Source: Candidatus Hodarchaeota archaeon
GTDB taxonomy: Archaea > Asgardarchaeota > Lokiarchaeia > Sigyniarchaeales > SOKP01
DNA: 64,000 nt
Direction of reading: 5' to 3'
NCBI GenBank assembly: GCA_048887165.1
Contig: JBHLJZ010000003.1
Location: forward strand, 30,311-94,310
How positions within the stretch are numbered: the stretch's first letter is position 1; the number at the start of each line of letters is the position of its first letter. Position numbers and translations under genes: made by a program. This document shows, piece by piece, positions 40,297 to 50,226 of the stretch. A model generated the notes under the pieces. The model was not told the origin of the DNA. It did no database searches and was given only the letters and a program-made list of their open reading frames with translations.

Positions 40297-42396
40297 TTGG
40301 GTTTATTAGCTAAAATGTCGGAATTGCATTTACAAATTTGTCGATTTTGTCAACGTAATATTAAATTAGCTTATTATTGTGAGGATTGTGGTGCTTCATG
40401 CTGTTCTGACTGTTTAACGGAAGAAAGAATTGAAACATATATATGTCAAGATTGCAATTCCAAAAATATACAAGTTCCTGAATCTGGAAAGAAGCTATTC
40501 TGCAAAGAATGTGGAAAAGATAATATTAATCAAGTCAATCAACTTATAAAATCTTGTCCTAAATGTCATTCTCATCATATTATTAATATCTATGAAAAAA
40601 AAGAACAGTTAGAAAAAAAATTCTTGGAATTAATCAAGAATGCCCGATATTTTGTTGAACCTTTTAGGGAAATTATTAATAAACTGTATGTTTTAAGGCA
40701 GAAAGTTAAAAGAGCTAGAGGACCCCCTATTAAATGTTATCACTATCCAAATATGGAATCTGATTTATTGGCTCTCTTTAAACTTTTTATTTATGCTAAG
40801 GAAAACTTACAAGAAAAAATTAGTATTTTGTTTCATCATTTATCTTTAAATAAAGAATATTTTTTTGATATTTATACTCAACCTAATTCTAATGTAAGAA
40901 TAATAGAAGGAATTTTAGATAATTTAAATGCTAGCTTTGATTCGATTAGTGATTTCACTTCAAATAATGTAATAACCATAAATTCTAGTATAGAAAACTT
41001 ACAACAAAACCTAAATTTTATTGATAAAATCGCTTTTTTCTTTAGATCTTATAAAAAATTTCTAAATTTGGCGGAAGAAGAAAAAGCAGTTTTCGCAATT
41101 TATGCTAAACTTGCAAATGGATTAAATACGCATGACAAATATAAAAAAAGAAAAGGAATATTATTTATTTCCAATTTTGATTTATCATTTGTACATGAGA
41201 CAGGTAGAATCAAAAAGAAGAAAGAAACTATTTTTAAAGCCCCTGTAAAAGATTTGACCAGGATAAAAGTAAAAGGTAAAATTTCAAAAAAACTATATAT
41301 AGAATTCGCTTATGGGAGATATGAATTTACGCTCCCAAAGAATGCTATTTCTAAAGTCATGGACTACATTCTTCTAGCAAGAAGCTTTGATGAAATTGTT
41401 ATTTATGATGAAGAAGCAGCTAGAAGACTCTATGATATTGATATCGAACTAAGTGATTTAATTAATTACATAGAAGAAGCAATAAATTCATTTTTCAGTT
41501 TGAAATGTCAATATAATAACATTAATCAGAATAAAAGTATTGCTAATACCCTTTATCAATCACCTTATCAATCTCAATTTCCTTTTCAACAACATCAAAA
41601 CTCGAACCAAAATTATGTGAATGGCTCATCGTACCATAACCATAATTTCTCGCCTGGAAATTTATCGCTTTATCCCTATAACCATTTTTCACCTATAAGG
41701 AATAATTTAATCCATACTCCTAATGATATGAGATATTATGGAAATTCTTTAGGACAATTTTTACCTCCTAATTTTGACGAGAATAGTTTTTTCCTTCAAA
41801 ACTTCTATAATCCAAATAGAATCCAGAATTATAAACCAACAAGATTCACTGAACCATACAATGGACATATATCTAACAATGATGAAAAAAATATATTAAT
41901 GAGAAAATTAGAATCAATGCAGAAATATGGCCCATTATACCAAAACGATATTAATCGGAGTAAAAATGATTTCATTAACGATCTAACAAATTATAAAAAT
42001 TCTGAACATTTTTTAAACAATACATATCCTGAAAACCCCCTATTTAATGAATTTTCGAGGAATCATATATCAGAATTATTTAACGATGATTACTCACTTC
42101 CATCTAGATCACCTATAACACATTCTGGATCAACTAGATATAATAAAATAAAGCGTAAAAAAATGTTGGAGTTAGAAAAAGAAAGATATAGTCTTGAAGA
42201 AACATTAAAAACTCTTGATTCGAAATTTGAAAAGGGGATAATCTCTGAAATTGATTACTTCAGAACATATAAAAATCTACAAAAAGATTTATATCTAGTT
42301 GAAAAGAAAATGGAAAATCTTGATGAAGAGTTTAGAGAAGCAGAATCGATGAGACACATTAATAAGGAATTCGATCGAAAAAGATACTTCACCTAA
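40297..42396 (+). CDS. Multidomain protein: B-box-like Zn fingers, coiled coil, PH-like domain, N/Q/Y/P-rich linker, steadiness-box-like C-terminus
   Basis: Six CxxC pairs at the N-terminus; beta-rich aa ~256-360 (KGILFISNFDLSFV); aa ~623-675 SLEETLKTLDSKFEKGIISEIDYFRTYKNLQKDLY resembles the Vps23/TSG101 steadiness box. Confidence 0.6.
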   Translation: MGLLAKMSELHLQICRFCQRNIKLAYYCEDCGASCCSDCLTEERIETYICQDCNSKNIQVPESGKKLFCKECGKDNINQVNQLIKSCPKCHSHHIINIYEKKEQLEKKFLELIKNARYFVEPFREIINKLYVLRQKVKRARGPPIKCYHYPNMESDLLALFKLFIYAKENLQEKISILFHHLSLNKEYFFDIYTQPNSNVRIIEGILDNLNASFDSISDFTSNNVITINSSIENLQQNLNFIDKIAFFFRSYKKFLNLAEEEKAVFAIYAKLANGLNTHDKYKKRKGILFISNFDLSFVHETGRIKKKKETIFKAPVKDLTRIKVKGKISKKLYIEFAYGRYEFTLPKNAISKVMDYILLARSFDEIVIYDEEAARRLYDIDIELSDLINYIEEAINSFFSLKCQYNNINQNKSIANTLYQSPYQSQFPFQQHQNSNQNYVNGSSYHNHNFSPGNLSLYPYNHFSPIRNNLIHTPNDMRYYGNSLGQFLPPNFDENSFFLQNFYNPNRIQNYKPTRFTEPYNGHISNNDEKNILMRKLESMQKYGPLYQNDINRSKNDFINDLTNYKNSEHFLNNTYPENPLFNEFSRNHISELFNDDYSLPSRSPITHSGSTRYNKIKRKKMLELEKERYSLEETLKTLDSKFEKGIISEIDYFRTYKNLQKDLYLVEKKMENLDEEFREAESMRHINKEFDRKRYFT

Positions 42397-42481
42397 TTTA
42401 AAAGCTTATTAAGTCTAAATATTTAAAAATAGAAATGAGTAGGTTAAGGAGACAAACTATCCTTGATAAGGAAGAGATTAA

Positions 42482-43135
42482 TTAGCTTCCTTCTAATTCT
42501 TTTCTTAGTTTTTCAATTTCATCTTCGAGTTTAGCTTTTGTTTTAATTTCAGGCTCCTCTTCTTCAAGGTCGAATTCTGAGATATATTGAAGATCATCAA
42601 CAGGAACATCCGGCATTTGACCTCCCTGTTCTAAAAGCATTTCTGTCTCTAATTGATTTAATTCATCTGTTACATCAATCGCAAGATCAATTTCAGGATC
42701 GCCTGCCAAAATCTCAGCTGATTCTTCGATCTCAGCAACATAAGCTTCAGAATCCTCAGCAATCTCAGCAATTTTGGTTGGTGCTGCTTTTGTGGCAATA
42801 GTTTCTAATTCATCTCTTATACCTCCCATTAAATCTCCTGTCATAGAAATCATCTGACCCTCTTCAATCGCTTCTATTTGTCTTTCGATTTTTGCCCTAA
42901 TATTATTTGCGCGATCTACCTTCATTTGATATTGTTTAAATTGGATCAGATAATTCTTTGCTCTCTCTTTTTCTCCTCTTTTTAAAGCAATCTTTGCATT
43001 TTTTCTTGCAATTTCTGCCCTTTTATTATACGTTTTATTAGCTAAAGCAATTTTGCGGATATGTGATTTTGCTTTTAAGACAAGTTCTTCTTTTTCTTTA
43101 CCTTTCCTTGGAAATAATTTCTTCTTCAATCCCAA
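42482..43135 (-). CDS. ESCRT-III Snf7-family protein (Vps20/32/60-like)
   Basis: Amphipathic basic N-terminus MGLKKKLF, helical hairpin AKIALKRGEKERAKNYL, acidic C-half DELNQLE, MIM2-like MPDVP. Confidence 0.88.
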   Translation of the reverse strand: MGLKKKLFPRKGKEKEELVLKAKSHIRKIALANKTYNKRAEIARKNAKIALKRGEKERAKNYLIQFKQYQMKVDRANNIRAKIERQIEAIEEGQMISMTGDLMGGIRDELETIATKAAPTKIAEIAEDSEAYVAEIEESAEILAGDPEIDLAIDVTDELNQLETEMLLEQGGQMPDVPVDDLQYISEFDLEEEEPEIKTKAKLEDEIEKLRKELEGS

Positions 43136-43283
43136 TTCTTCTTGTCAACTCTTTTTAGAAGTTTATTATAATAATATCTCTTTTATATTTATAATGATTT
43201 TTTTAACTTAAAAATTTAATAGAATATATTTCTAAAAAAAATCTAAGAAATAAAATCTTTTATAGTCCAAAATTTGATTTAGT

Positions 43284-44399
43284 ATGAAAAAAATAATACT
43301 TAATTTTAAGAAATTATCAAATAATTATAAAGAACTAGTCCAAGAAGCATTCAATAAAGATATTTTAGATTTTATAGTATCTAAGGAATCCTATTTAAAA
43401 TTTAAAAATATTGACCGACTAAAAATATATTCAATGGATCCTGAAGTTCAACCTGATTATTTAATATATGATGATATAGATAAATTGGAAAATCTATTAG
43501 CTATTAAAGAAAAAAGTAGTAAAAAAGTAGGCGCCTTTATAGAAATTAAATCTAAAGCTGATGTAGACATGATTATTAAAGTAGCGAAATCTGGAAAAGT
43601 CGATTTAGTTATGGTTTCTACTAAAAATTGGAAGATCATTCCTTTTGAAAACTTAATTGCACAAATTCATAGTTACGATACAGAACTAATTGGATTTGTT
43701 GAAGATATACAAGAAGCTGAAACTTTATTAAAAACACTTGAGATTGGCGTAGATGGAATAGTTATAACTCCTAATAATATAATTGATCTCATAGATCTAA
43801 AAAAACTAACCTATTCGAATTTCCATATAGAATTGACAACAGCAAAAGTTACTAAAATACAAAATTTACCAGAATGTGATAGAGTTTGTGTTGACACCAC
43901 TTCTATCTTAAAACTAGGAGAAGGTATGCTTGTAGGTAGTACTGCTAAAGGCTTTCTATTAATTCACTCAGAAACTATTGAATCTCAATTTGTAGCAACA
44001 AGACCATTTCGAGTAAACGCTGGTGATGTTTCTGCGTATATTTTAGTACCTGATGATGATCCTGAACGTTTATATCGAACTAATTATTTAAGTGAATTAA
44101 AAGGCGGTGATAAAGTTATAGTGGTTAATACTGATGGTGATGTTAGAATAGTAACAATAGGGAGAATAAAAGTGGAAACTAGACCAATGATAAGGTTCGA
44201 GTTAGAGGCATTGGTAAATGATAATAAAATAAAATTTAGCGGTGTTTGCCAAAATGCAGAAACCATCAGATTAGTTAACCATAATAGAAATCCAATATCT
44301 GTGGTTGACATTGAAAGAGGTGATGAAGTTCTTGTTCATATAGGACCTGGTGCAACTCATTTTGGAACAATTATAAAAGAAAACATAATTGAAAAATAA
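43284..44399 (+). CDS. 3-dehydroquinate synthase II (archaeal AroB')
   Basis: WKIIPFENLIA, LEIGVDG, DRVCVDT, RPFRVNAG, YLSEL, QNAETIRL, ATHFG. Confidence 0.95.
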   Translation: MKKIILNFKKLSNNYKELVQEAFNKDILDFIVSKESYLKFKNIDRLKIYSMDPEVQPDYLIYDDIDKLENLLAIKEKSSKKVGAFIEIKSKADVDMIIKVAKSGKVDLVMVSTKNWKIIPFENLIAQIHSYDTELIGFVEDIQEAETLLKTLEIGVDGIVITPNNIIDLIDLKKLTYSNFHIELTTAKVTKIQNLPECDRVCVDTTSILKLGEGMLVGSTAKGFLLIHSETIESQFVATRPFRVNAGDVSAYILVPDDDPERLYRTNYLSELKGGDKVIVVNTDGDVRIVTIGRIKVETRPMIRFELEALVNDNKIKFSGVCQNAETIRLVNHNRNPISVVDIERGDEVLVHIGPGATHFGTIIKENIIEK

Positions 44400-44419
44400 A
44401 TTTAACGCATAATATTTAT

Positions 44420-44878
44420 TTAATCTTCATAAATTGCTATGTTATTCTTACTTTCTTCTATTTTAACCAAGATCTTTTTGTTTTTATAAATTTCTTTTAG
44501 ATTATCATGAATATATTTAGCTAATAGTTCACTTGTGGTTGCGGGTAAAGGTAAAAAGACAACTTCAGAACGAGGGAAAACATATCTCTTGTTATCAGTT
44601 ATAACTTCAACTGAATTGTCATCTTCTTTAATTTTAATGTAGTTTGAATTTTTAGGAATAAGAATGTAATGATCAAGAGGCCTAACAATTGATTCAACTC
44701 TTTCCTTTAATTCAATAAAATCAACAACAAAATAGTTTTCATCAAGATCAGAGCTTACTTCAACAGACACATAATAATTATGACCATGAAGTCTTGAACA
44801 CTGAAGAGGTTCTTTTAAAAAATGGCAAGCGCTAAATTTAATTCTATTTGCATTGATACTAACTTTAAAACCCATCAA
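44420..44878 (-). CDS. queD: 6-carboxy-5,6,7,8-tetrahydropterin synthase
   Basis: FSACHF, CSRLHGHNY, VDF, LDH, TTSELLA. Confidence 0.88.
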   Translation of the reverse strand: MMGFKVSINANRIKFSACHFLKEPLQCSRLHGHNYYVSVEVSSDLDENYFVVDFIELKERVESIVRPLDHYILIPKNSNYIKIKEDDNSVEVITDNKRYVFPRSEVVFLPLPATTSELLAKYIHDNLKEIYKNKKILVKIEESKNNIAIYED

Positions 44879-45047
44879 AAATCAATCTCTAAAAATGAAT
44901 GAACTGAATTGAAATTCTTTTAAATATTTTTATATTTTATGTTTTAAAATCATAAAATAATCGATATAGATTTTAGATTTCATTTATTTTTAAATTATTT
45001 AGAATAAATATATATGGAGTTAATCAATCTAATAAAAAGAAATAATT

Positions 45048-46604
45048 ATGTCTTTTTTGAAGAAATTAGCCATAACTGGAGCTAATGGTTATCTAGGGAA
45101 ACATTCTATTCGTAATGCTATTCAGAATGGTTGGGAAGTAAATGCTGTCGTTAGAAGACAAGAAGTTGTGAATGAGTTAGAAAATCTTGGGGCTAAAGTC
45201 TTTATTGTACAGGATTTTAATATTGAGGGATTTAAGGAAGCATTTAAAAATTGTTCTGTGATATTACATCTTGCTAACATCGTCTGCGGTAGTAAAGAAC
45301 TCTTTGAAAAAGTAAATATAAAAGGATTAAAGTCAGTGATTGAAGCTGCTAAGACTGAAAAATTAAAAAAGATTATATATCCTTCTGGTCTTGGAGTAGA
45401 TAAATATGGTTTACGAGAATGGGCTAACAATGAGTACTTCCGATCTAAAAGAGAAGCTGAACAAATCATAATAGAAAGCGGTATTAATTATACAATTTTT
45501 CGTCCATCTTATATTTTGGGACCAAATGATGAATTAATTCCTGAATTAATTGATCAAATTTTTGATGGAAAAGTTTTGATTGCTGGAGATGGTAACGTAC
45601 CTATGCAACCTATTTTTGTAAAAGACGCAACTAATGCATTTTTAGCAGCAGCAGAAGGTAAAGGAAATGAAAATTCAATATACGAATTAATAGGTCCGAA
45701 AGTTACCAAAATGAATGATTTAATTGAAATGGTTATATTAGCTATAAAAGAGAAGGGAATAAATATTCCTAGACCTGAAATTCTACACATATCCTATAAA
45801 GAAGCTCCAGAAAAGCTTGAAATTTGTAAGGAAATGGTAGATGTTATGAGATGCGACCTTACTCCTGATCCCAATGTCACAATTCAGGCTCTCGGCTTTG
45901 AATTATCTCCATTACAAGAAGCTGTAAATGCGGCAGTGAATGCGAAATTATTCCCGAGATCTCTTAATATTGATAAGAGGGCCATATTATTATTATCTGG
46001 AGGTATAGATTCAGCAACAGCACTTTTTTGGGCTTTAGACCAAGGTTACGAAGTTATAGCTCTGTCATTAAATTATAACTGGAGACCCAAACAAGAAGCA
46101 AAAGCGGCAGCAAAGTTAGCTGAAAAAACAAAAATTAATTTGATAGAAATTGATACAACTTTTATAGCGCAGGCTGCAGATTTATTATCTGAAGGTTATC
46201 CTGTGCCAACAGCAATTAATGCACCTGAAGGATATATACCCCAGCGTAACATTATGTATTACTCCATTGCGGCATACTTTGCTGAGATTTATGGATGTAA
46301 ATGGATAATTGGTGGTCATATTTTTGAAGATACTTTAACTTTCTCTGATACCAATGTTTCATTCTTTGAATCACTTGAAAGGCTTATTAGGTTATCAAAA
46401 CATGAAAATAATAACATTGACATCAAAATTTTGATCCCCTTAGCGAAATTGAGAAAATTCGAGGTTTTAAATTTAGCAAAAGAATTGAAGGTACCCTTAG
46501 AATTAACCTGGAGTTGCTATAATGATTTTGAAGAACCATGTGGAAGATGCCAATCTTGCATGAGAAGAGAAGACGCTCTTAAAACGTTTGAAAATTTAAA
46601 ATAA
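45048..46604 (+). CDS. queC: Fusion of an NAD(P)-dependent atypical SDR and 7-cyano-7-deazaguanine synthase QueC
   Basis: aa 1-~305: TGANGYLG, YFRSK, FRPS. aa ~310-518: LSGGIDS, YIPQRN, TWSCY..PCGRCQSC. Confidence 0.85.
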   Translation: MSFLKKLAITGANGYLGKHSIRNAIQNGWEVNAVVRRQEVVNELENLGAKVFIVQDFNIEGFKEAFKNCSVILHLANIVCGSKELFEKVNIKGLKSVIEAAKTEKLKKIIYPSGLGVDKYGLREWANNEYFRSKREAEQIIIESGINYTIFRPSYILGPNDELIPELIDQIFDGKVLIAGDGNVPMQPIFVKDATNAFLAAAEGKGNENSIYELIGPKVTKMNDLIEMVILAIKEKGINIPRPEILHISYKEAPEKLEICKEMVDVMRCDLTPDPNVTIQALGFELSPLQEAVNAAVNAKLFPRSLNIDKRAILLLSGGIDSATALFWALDQGYEVIALSLNYNWRPKQEAKAAAKLAEKTKINLIEIDTTFIAQAADLLSEGYPVPTAINAPEGYIPQRNIMYYSIAAYFAEIYGCKWIIGGHIFEDTLTFSDTNVSFFESLERLIRLSKHENNNIDIKILIPLAKLRKFEVLNLAKELKVPLELTWSCYNDFEEPCGRCQSCMRREDALKTFENLK

Positions 46605-46675
46605 TATATAAAAATGATGAAAAATATAATCCTTCAAAATTTCTATTTCTATATAGGAACTTTTAGTGAATTATT

Positions 46676-47926
46676 ATGACAACATTCTGGGCCCCCTTAT
46701 TGCATATATATCAACCTCCTACCCAAGATGTAAAGATCCTAAAGCAAATTGATAAAGAATGTTATAAACCCTTATTTTTGGTATTAGAGAAATATGATAA
46801 TGTCAAATTCTGTTTAAATGTTAATGGCATTCTTATTGAAATGTTATATGAATTTGATTTAATTGATACAATGGAATTATTGAAAAATCTAGTATTAGAA
46901 AACAAAATTGAAATCGTTGGAACAGCAAAGTTCCATCCAATACTACCTCTAATCCCAAAAGAAGAAGCTCAACATCAAATCCGGATGAATGAAGAAATAA
47001 ATAAAACTGAATTTGTAAAATGGGAACGAAAGGGATTTTTTCCACCTGAAATGTCAATTAGTTCAAAAGTGGCGAAGTTTGTACGAGATTTAGGTTATAA
47101 ATGGGTTATTATGAGCGGAATTGCATGTCCTGAGGAATGGCCATATGACAGAATATACAATTCCCCTAATGGATTACAACTTTATTTCAGGGATGATTTT
47201 ATAAGTAATAAAATTGCTTTCAACGAAATTAAAGCGAAAGATTTCATAAAAGAAATAACGACCATGTATAAGAACAAGAAACTCGATTTTCAAAATAAAA
47301 CTTATATAATTACTGCAATAGATGGTGAAACCTTCGGACATCATATAAAAAATTATGAAAAAACCTTTTTAGATAAAGTTCTTGAGTACTCACAACTAGA
47401 GGATATAAAAATTATCTCTATTTCAGACTTAGATAAGTATTTTCCAATAGATCGAAAAAAGATTATTCCAAGGGAATCTAGTTGGAGTACAACGCAGGAA
47501 GATTTAGATTTGAAAATCCCTTATCCCTTATGGAATCATCCTGATAATAATATTCATAAGTATTATTGGAAGGTTGTTAATAGTTTAAATAACTTAATGA
47601 ATTTTGCTCATAATTTTGATTTATCTACCGATGGAGATGTGGAAAATTACTACAAAACAGCAAGATATTTTTACGATCGAAGTTTGTATTCCTGTCCTCT
47701 ATGGTGGGCTAATCCTAAGCGGGGTATATGGAGTCCTAATTTAATTTATAAAGGTCTTGAGCTATTAACTAAAGCTGCAATTAACATTCAATTAGCTTTA
47801 GTTTATGCAAATAAATCAGAATTAGGAGAAGGATATTTTGATTCAATTTCTCTCTACCATGGATTAATCTTAATGGAAATATACGAAATAAGTAAAAAAT
47901 ATTGCAAGAAAAATAAAAAAAATTAA
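46676..47926 (+). CDS. Glycoside hydrolase family 57
   Basis: HIYQP, HPILPL, FPPEM (nucleophile Glu), DGETFGH (acid/base Asp), SSW. Confidence 0.9.
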   Translation: MTTFWAPLLHIYQPPTQDVKILKQIDKECYKPLFLVLEKYDNVKFCLNVNGILIEMLYEFDLIDTMELLKNLVLENKIEIVGTAKFHPILPLIPKEEAQHQIRMNEEINKTEFVKWERKGFFPPEMSISSKVAKFVRDLGYKWVIMSGIACPEEWPYDRIYNSPNGLQLYFRDDFISNKIAFNEIKAKDFIKEITTMYKNKKLDFQNKTYIITAIDGETFGHHIKNYEKTFLDKVLEYSQLEDIKIISISDLDKYFPIDRKKIIPRESSWSTTQEDLDLKIPYPLWNHPDNNIHKYYWKVVNSLNNLMNFAHNFDLSTDGDVENYYKTARYFYDRSLYSCPLWWANPKRGIWSPNLIYKGLELLTKAAINIQLALVYANKSELGEGYFDSISLYHGLILMEIYEISKKYCKKNKKN

Positions 47927-48158
47927 TATGAACTTTAAAAATCATACTAATTGGAGATTAATTTCATAGCTAATTCATTCCACCGATTTAAATTTTTCAA
48001 ATACCAAGCCTACTATTCATATCATTTTATTCAAAAAAGTAATTTCAGATAATAATAAACTATATAATTTTTAATTTACATATTTAACTAAGTAAATTTA
48101 TGAACATTTGCTTTAAATAAATATAGTTAAATCTAATAATTTTAAATTTTGTTAAAAA

Positions 48159-49271
48159 ATGTCAAAAGAAGATAATAAGGAGACAAAACTAAAGTTTTGT
48201 GTTTATTGCGGGGCTAAATTGGACGAAGAAAAAGCATATTGTCCAAAATGCGGTAAGTTAGTAATTAAAATTAAACCTTCGATTGAAAAAGGTGAAAAAA
48301 CGGGTATTGATAAACAAATACAAGTAAAAGAGAAAAAAATAATTTCAAGAAAATGTTCTGGATGTGGATCAGTTATTAATTCTCCTATATTAGAACAATG
48401 TCCTATTTGTAATACCAAATTAGAAAAATTACCCCCACCCACGCCTGTTATTCCTACTAGAAGTTCCCAAACTAAAACAGGATTTATTTTTACAAGTAAA
48501 AAGCTAGAACCAGAACAAAAATATGTATTAAAAAAAGATATATGGAATTTTAGAGAAGGATTAAGTGTTTTTTTTAACAGTATTATGGCTTATATAACTA
48601 TTCGCCTACTAATTATTATGTTATTTACTTTTCAATTTGATCAATCAATAGATATTAGTATAACAACAATATTATTAAGCCAAATTCCTGAAATTATATT
48701 TGGAGTTTATCCTTTATGGTATATATATTCAAAAAAACACAATTTTAAGAAACTTGGTTTTTCATATGAATTAAAAACATTTCTTATTGCGATTATAATT
48801 GGAACTATAGCCGGAATTGGATTATTAGTATTTAATTTTTTCTCAAATAATCTTATTGAACTAATGTATAATGCGGGTATAGATTTTTATGACATCTTAG
48901 GATATTTAGCTGAAGAAAATCAAGTAATAAGGAATGCTGATATTTTGTGGATTATATTGCTAATGTTATTGTTAAGTTTATCGTCATTTTCTACTGAAAT
49001 TGTTTTTAGAGGTGTTTTACATAACACGTTAAGAGAACGTTTTGAAAAGGATCTCTTTGGAAGAATTTCTGTTATATTATTAGTTGCTTTGATTTATTCT
49101 GGAATATTTCTATTATTCAGTATTCCTATTGGAATATATTTCTTCTTAATTAATTTTGTCATTTTCATCATATTCGGTATTATCTATGAAATAAATCATA
49201 ATATTTATAACACGATTATTGCTAGTATATTTTACAATTTGCTTCTTATCCTGATTTTGGTCTTTTTATAA
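48159..49271 (+). CDS. Double zinc-ribbon + degenerate CPBP (Abi/CAAX) membrane domain
   Basis: CVYC..CPKC and CSGC..CPIC; TM domain with TEIVFRG but no conserved His residues. Confidence 0.7.
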   Translation: MSKEDNKETKLKFCVYCGAKLDEEKAYCPKCGKLVIKIKPSIEKGEKTGIDKQIQVKEKKIISRKCSGCGSVINSPILEQCPICNTKLEKLPPPTPVIPTRSSQTKTGFIFTSKKLEPEQKYVLKKDIWNFREGLSVFFNSIMAYITIRLLIIMLFTFQFDQSIDISITTILLSQIPEIIFGVYPLWYIYSKKHNFKKLGFSYELKTFLIAIIIGTIAGIGLLVFNFFSNNLIELMYNAGIDFYDILGYLAEENQVIRNADILWIILLMLLLSLSSFSTEIVFRGVLHNTLRERFEKDLFGRISVILLVALIYSGIFLLFSIPIGIYFFLINFVIFIIFGIIYEINHNIYNTIIASIFYNLLLILILVFL

Positions 49272-49390
49272 AAACTAAATCAATTTTCATTATACTTTAA
49301 TATATAAATTTAATAATAAGAAAAATCAAATAACTCTAGTGGTATTATTAATCAATTTAATTCTATTCCATACGACAAATTCTATTTACC

Positions 49391-50125
49391 TTGGAGAAAA
49401 AGAAATTGGGTAAAATAGTATATAGAAATAAAGGTAGCAAAGATAATATTATCATTTCAATAGCAGGAGCTCATGGAGTTGGAAAAACTACAGTATTTGA
49501 ACTTTTAAAGAGTAAAGTAGTAGATAATCCGAAATTCAAATTCTTTGCAGAAAGATATGTTAAAAAACCCCCTTTTCCTTTTGGTTCTTCTGATAAACAA
49601 ATTGGTTTTAGAAGTGAGATTCATTTTCTCCAGCAGATGATTAAAAGGAATCAGAAAATCGTAAATTTTGATAATAGATATAATGGTCGAATAATAATAT
49701 TAGATAGAACTCCATTATGCGTTCTAATTTATTCAAAAAGTCTAAACCTAAAGGAAAAAGATTATAATCTTATTTTAGAAATGTATAAATCTGTTGAGTG
49801 GAGGGAGGATTTCATAATTTATCTTTCTGCTAGACCAGAAACGATTTTGAAACGTATTATACAAAGAGGATCTTTAGAAACATTTCGAAGGGAATGGAAT
49901 GAAGAAGAAAAAGATTACTTGTTGAAAATCTTATCATATTATAATCAATTTTTATTCCAAAATAATGAAAATAAAAAAATCTTTGTAATAAATACCGATA
50001 CCCTTACCCTTCAAGACGTTCTTTTGGAAATTGAAGATATTATTACCCAGTTATCTGGATATTCATTTAGAAAGTTAATTAAATCTCCATCTACTCAAAT
50101 GAGCTTAATTAAATTTTTAAAATGA
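49391..50125 (+). CDS. Deoxynucleoside/dNMP kinase family protein
   Basis: P-loop GAHGVGKTT, ILDRT, lid RIIQRG. Confidence 0.78.
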   Translation: MEKKKLGKIVYRNKGSKDNIIISIAGAHGVGKTTVFELLKSKVVDNPKFKFFAERYVKKPPFPFGSSDKQIGFRSEIHFLQQMIKRNQKIVNFDNRYNGRIIILDRTPLCVLIYSKSLNLKEKDYNLILEMYKSVEWREDFIIYLSARPETILKRIIQRGSLETFRREWNEEEKDYLLKILSYYNQFLFQNNENKKIFVINTDTLTLQDVLLEIEDIITQLSGYSFRKLIKSPSTQMSLIKFLK

Positions 50126-50226
50126 AACAACATAAAATATATTAATGTAGTCTTTATGATTATATTTAAGATAATTTAAAATTTCATAATCAACTATATC
50201 ATAATTTAAATTAAAGTTGATCCAAT

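Noticed and set aside
42446-42464. AAGGA-N9-TCCTT hairpin between the ESCRT-linked genes
   Set aside because: A 5-bp stem is too weak to call as a structured RNA or terminator.
45048-46604. QueC as part of an anti-phage system (QatC or CBASS type IV)
   Set aside because: No QatA/B/D, cyclase or TGT-like neighbours; canonical QueC size and adjacent queD point to deazapurine biosynthesis.
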